A stretch of 35,689 bases of DNA. Origin: an uncultured Candidatus Saccharibacteria bacterium. Lineage in GTDB: Bacteria; Patescibacteriota; Minisyncoccia; Phycocordibacterales; UBA9973. The position numbers and the translations under genes were made by a program. The notes below the pieces were generated by a model. The model was not told the origin of the DNA, made no database searches, and saw nothing but the letters and a program-made list of their open reading frames with translations. Position 1 is the first letter of the stretch. Every line of letters begins with the position of its first letter. Below, piece by piece: positions 33,380-35,689 of this stretch. Location of the stretch: positions 1 through 35,689 of the forward strand of contig CAYXYC010000002.1 of NCBI GenBank assembly GCA_964469225.1. The letters are read 5' to 3'.

Positions 33380-33724
33380 CTACTTACTAGCATTAGCAAT
33401 ACGAGCGAATGTTTCAGGATTGTGTTCTGCGATATCAGCTAGTATCTTTCGGTCAAGACCGATGTTTTTCTTTTTGAGTGAATCCATAAATCGGCTGTAT
33501 GATATTTCAAATGGACGAATTGCTGCGTTAATACGAAGTGTCCATACTTTTCGTGCATCTGCTTTCTTGTCTCTGCGGTGAGCAAATGCGTATGCTCCTG
33601 CGTGATGGATTGCTTCTTTTGCGGCTGCTTCTTTGTTCTTGCGTCCAAAACGGAAACCTTTTGTTTGAGCAAGGGTATTCTTGCGTCTCTTGTTTTTGAT
33701 AACTCCTCGTTTTACTCGTGTCAT
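33380..33724 (-). CDS. rplT: 50S ribosomal protein L20
   Basis: 'MTRVKRGV...RRK..L...KGF.G' and 'A..YA..HRR.KK...R..W..RINAA'. Confidence 0.96.
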   Translation of the reverse strand: MTRVKRGVIKNKRRKNTLAQTKGFRFGRKNKEAAAKEAIHHAGAYAFAHRRDKKADARKVWTLRINAAIRPFEISYSRFMDSLKKKNIGLDRKILADIAEHNPETFARIANASK

Positions 33725-33760
33725 AAAATTAGTTTATAGGAAAGTCCAACTGATAATTGT

Positions 33761-33952
33761 TTATGCGTTTGGCAAATAAGTGCGGGTGATTTTGTTCGAC
33801 AAATTTAAGCTCTGCATCTTCTTGCCATTCAATTGCTTGGTTCGTGACTGCTTTGAATTGAAGTGGTTGAATCCTGGTGTTCGTGCCAAGATTTTACCCT
33901 TTTTAGTGATCTTCAATCTCTTAGTCAATGATTTGTTTGTTTTGATACTCAT
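33761..33952 (-). CDS. rpmI: 50S ribosomal protein L35
   Basis: K-rich 63 aa, 'K.RLKITKKGKI' motif, position between infC and rplT. Confidence 0.9.
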   Translation of the reverse strand: MSIKTNKSLTKRLKITKKGKILARTPGFNHFNSKQSRTKQLNGKKMQSLNLSNKITRTYLPNA

Positions 33953-34069
33953 CCCGTTTAGAAGCAGGTCGCGGTCGTAATCTGAATTCTGCTTGTTAAT
34001 TAATTGTATAATTCGACTTTTTAATACGATTTTCCCTGATTAGTAACTGCGATCGCGGCTTCTAACGGG
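33953..34069 (-). promoter_or_regulatory. structured infC-rpmI spacer: long-range helix whose 3' arm abuts the rpmI start codon
   Basis: On the mRNA strand, cccgttagaagccgcgatcg (34069-34050) pairs with cgaccgcgacctgcttctaaacggg (33977-33953), enclosing about 70 nt. The ATG of rpmI follows immediately. Confidence 0.5.
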
Positions 34070-34092
34070 ACTCATATAATTTGGTGGATAAA

Positions 34093-34599
34093 TTATTTTT
34101 CGCGTTCGATAGTAATTGTCGGACCCTTTGGACCCTTTTTGTATGCTTCAGCAATTTTGAAGTTCTCGGTAATCAAGTGAAGTACTCGATCAAGGCGTTC
34201 TCTCAAAAATGCTTCAGGCATAAACTTTGAGCGACCAGAGAGGAAAAGTTCAACCTTTATGCGATGACCTTCGGCAAGCCATTCGGATGCCTTTCGGGCT
34301 TTCATTGCGAGGTCGTTATCTCCGGTTCCAATTTTGATCTGAATTGCTTTTGTTTCAGTTTTCTTGGCACCTGCTTTAGACTTCTTTTCTTTCTTGTTCT
34401 GCTCGTATTTATATTTTCCGTAGTCTGCAATTTTTGCAATTGGCGGATTTGTCGTACTTGTAACTTCAATCAAATCAAGTCCGAGTTCTTGCGCCCTTGA
34501 AAGGGCTTCTTTTAAGCTTAAAACACCAAGGTTTTCGCCTGTGGGCAAAATCACGCGGACTTCGCTTGCTCGTATTTGATTATTGATGCGTTCTCTCAA
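34093..34599 (-). CDS. infC: translation initiation factor IF-3
   Basis: 'IN..IRA.EVR.I...GE.LGV.S..EAL..A.E.GLDL.EV' and the C-domain. The ORF opens with TTG (34599-34597); no in-frame ATG is near the conserved N-terminus. Confidence 0.93.
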   Translation of the reverse strand: MRERINNQIRASEVRVILPTGENLGVLSLKEALSRAQELGLDLIEVTSTTNPPIAKIADYGKYKYEQNKKEKKSKAGAKKTETKAIQIKIGTGDNDLAMKARKASEWLAEGHRIKVELFLSGRSKFMPEAFLRERLDRVLHLITENFKIAEAYKKGPKGPTITIEREK

Positions 34600-34678
34600 G
34601 TGAGTTATGTCAGCCGATAGAAAATAAATAGACTACCTACTGAGGTGAATAATAGCATATTCGTGCTAGTATGGCAAT

Positions 34679-35437
34679 ATGTCCGATACTATTCTTGTTG
34701 TATATAAAAAACCAGGGCAAACACCCCTTGAAGCAATAAATAAAGCCAAAGAGGAAAGGCCAAAATGGAAACATCTTCCGGTTACCTATGCTGGCCGGCT
34801 TGACCCGCTCGCAGAAGGAGCACTCCTTTTGCTTGCAGGGGAAGAATGTTTGAAAAAAGATGAATATTTGGCACTTCCCAAAGAGTATGAAGCCACCATC
34901 CTTTTTGGCTTTACTACTGATACCTATGATCTTATGGGTCTAATAACCGATAGTACTTTATTACCCGAAGATACTTCATTTGTTTCTAATATTGAAAAAA
35001 TTATTCCACGATTTACTGGTCGGATTCGCCAATCATATCCGCCATATTCGTCACGAACCGTGAATGGTAAACCGCTTTATCAATGGGCGCGCGAGGGTAA
35101 ACTTGATGAGATTACAATTCCATCACATGATGTCTTTGTTGAATCAATTGATGTTTTAGATGTGGGTGAAATCTCAAAAGATAAATTACATAAAAAAATA
35201 CGCGAAGATATTGCTCGCGTGAATGGTGATTTTCGTCAAGATGAGATTTTGAAACTGTGGGGTGATACATTTTCTCGGTTGGAAACACCGGAGGTGTTTC
35301 CAACCCTAACAATTCGTATCAAATGTGGAAGTGGGGTGTATGTCCGAGCGTTGGCTCATGAATTAGGTCAGAAGATTGGTGTACCTGCACTTGCACTTAA
35401 AATTGTACGAACTAAAGTGGGGGAATATAGTATTTAA
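34679..35437 (+). CDS. truB: tRNA pseudouridine synthase, TruB family
   Basis: Catalytic motif 'YAGRLDPLAEGALLLLAGE' (G.LDP.A.G.L). A TGCTAGTAT -10 element ends 6 nt before the ATG, so the transcript may be leaderless. Confidence 0.85.
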   Translation: MSDTILVVYKKPGQTPLEAINKAKEERPKWKHLPVTYAGRLDPLAEGALLLLAGEECLKKDEYLALPKEYEATILFGFTTDTYDLMGLITDSTLLPEDTSFVSNIEKIIPRFTGRIRQSYPPYSSRTVNGKPLYQWAREGKLDEITIPSHDVFVESIDVLDVGEISKDKLHKKIREDIARVNGDFRQDEILKLWGDTFSRLETPEVFPTLTIRIKCGSGVYVRALAHELGQKIGVPALALKIVRTKVGEYSI

Positions 35438-35480
35438 AAAACAAAAACACCCCGAAGGGTGTAATGTTTTTACGAGTGGA
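35436..35480 (+). repeat. direct repeat A: terminator hairpin + AATGTTTTTACGAGTGG
   Basis: aaaaaacaaaaacaccccgaagggtgtaatgtttttacgagtgga. The hairpin acaccc/gggtgt also serves as the truB terminator. Confidence 0.8.
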
Positions 35481-35595
35481 ACTGGCGAGAGTTTCGCCCT
35501 ACGGTCGCGGGTACTTTTCCGTCTCGCTTTGCTCGTATGGAAAAGTCTTTCAACTCCCAGACGCAGGCAAAGCAGTTTGCCTGCTCATCTCCACT

Positions 35596-35642
35596 CAAAA
35601 AACAAAAGCACCCCTAAGGGGCGCAATGTTTTTACGAGTGGG
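35596..35642 (+). repeat. direct repeat B: terminator-like hairpin + AATGTTTTTACGAGTGG
   Basis: caaaaaacaaaagcacccctaaggggcgcaatgtttttacgagtggg. Same architecture as repeat A, 160 nt downstream. Confidence 0.8.
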
Positions 35643-35689
35643 CTCTGTAAATCTTAATTTGAACAACTCCTTTCTAGCAAATCATATAT

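Noticed and set aside
33219-33581. 120-aa + strand ORF overlapping the fibre gene 3' end, REP copy 5 and rplT
   Set aside because: It crosses a strong bidirectional terminator and is antisense to rplT, so it is a spurious read-through ORF.
35376-35657. 93-aa + strand ORF at the window end
   Set aside because: It runs across the truB 3' end, two terminator hairpins and the structured segment. Its internal repeat (NVFTSG) merely reflects the DNA direct repeat.
1-35689. Hidden reverse transcriptase or Avd gene for the DGR
   Set aside because: I read every listed ORF translation on both strands and found no YxDD-type palm motif, no RT-sized unassigned ORF, and no ~120-aa helical Avd candidate near the TR. 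Absence is reported as a finding and nothing was annotated.
1-35689. Alternative genetic code (UGA or UAG reassignment, as in some CPR lineages)
   Set aside because: All conserved genes (tuf, 23 ribosomal proteins, secY, adk, map, ndk, infC, truB) are full-length with standard-code stops and no in-frame TGA or TAG.

Overview
AT-rich bacterial window whose backbone is tuf plus the S10/spc/secY-adk-map ribosomal super-operon (5.7-23.0 kb, + strand). infC-rpmI-rplT lies on the - strand (33.4-34.6 kb) and truB follows at 34.7 kb. Several traits suggest a CPR/Patescibacteria-like genome, which is inference only: no L30 or L29 gene in the canonical slots, no Shine-Dalgarno motifs even upstream of ribosomal protein genes, compact genes, and secreted fibre-like surface proteins. 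The ribosomal operon is broken twice by terminator-bounded insertions. The first is dgkA plus a diverged PRTase between rplB and rpsS. The second is a 2.6-kb island between rplE and rpsN, and it holds the most interesting content. That island carries an IS200/RAYT-type Y1 (HUH) transposase surrounded by a 27-nt palindromic REP-like element (5 copies in the window, one in-frame inside the transposase gene). Next to it is a lipoprotein gene whose last 111 coding nt (16460-16570) recur 444 nt downstream as a non-coding copy (16904-17014). The two copies differ at 14 positions, and every one is an adenine in the non-coding copy, mostly in AAT codons. This is the template-repeat/variable-repeat signature of a diversity-generating retroelement (DGR). 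No reverse transcriptase or Avd gene is visible anywhere in the 35.7 kb, so the cassette is either served in trans or is non-canonical. Other notable content: two tail-fibre-like secreted proteins ending in peptidase-S74 intramolecular-chaperone domains with no prophage context; an orphan TraD/VirD4-like ATPase; a tandem triplication of the map 5' end creating two identical 25-codon micro-ORFs; a promoter-to-terminator sRNA candidate; a structured infC-rpmI spacer; and recurrent stop-rich intergenic spacer motifs.
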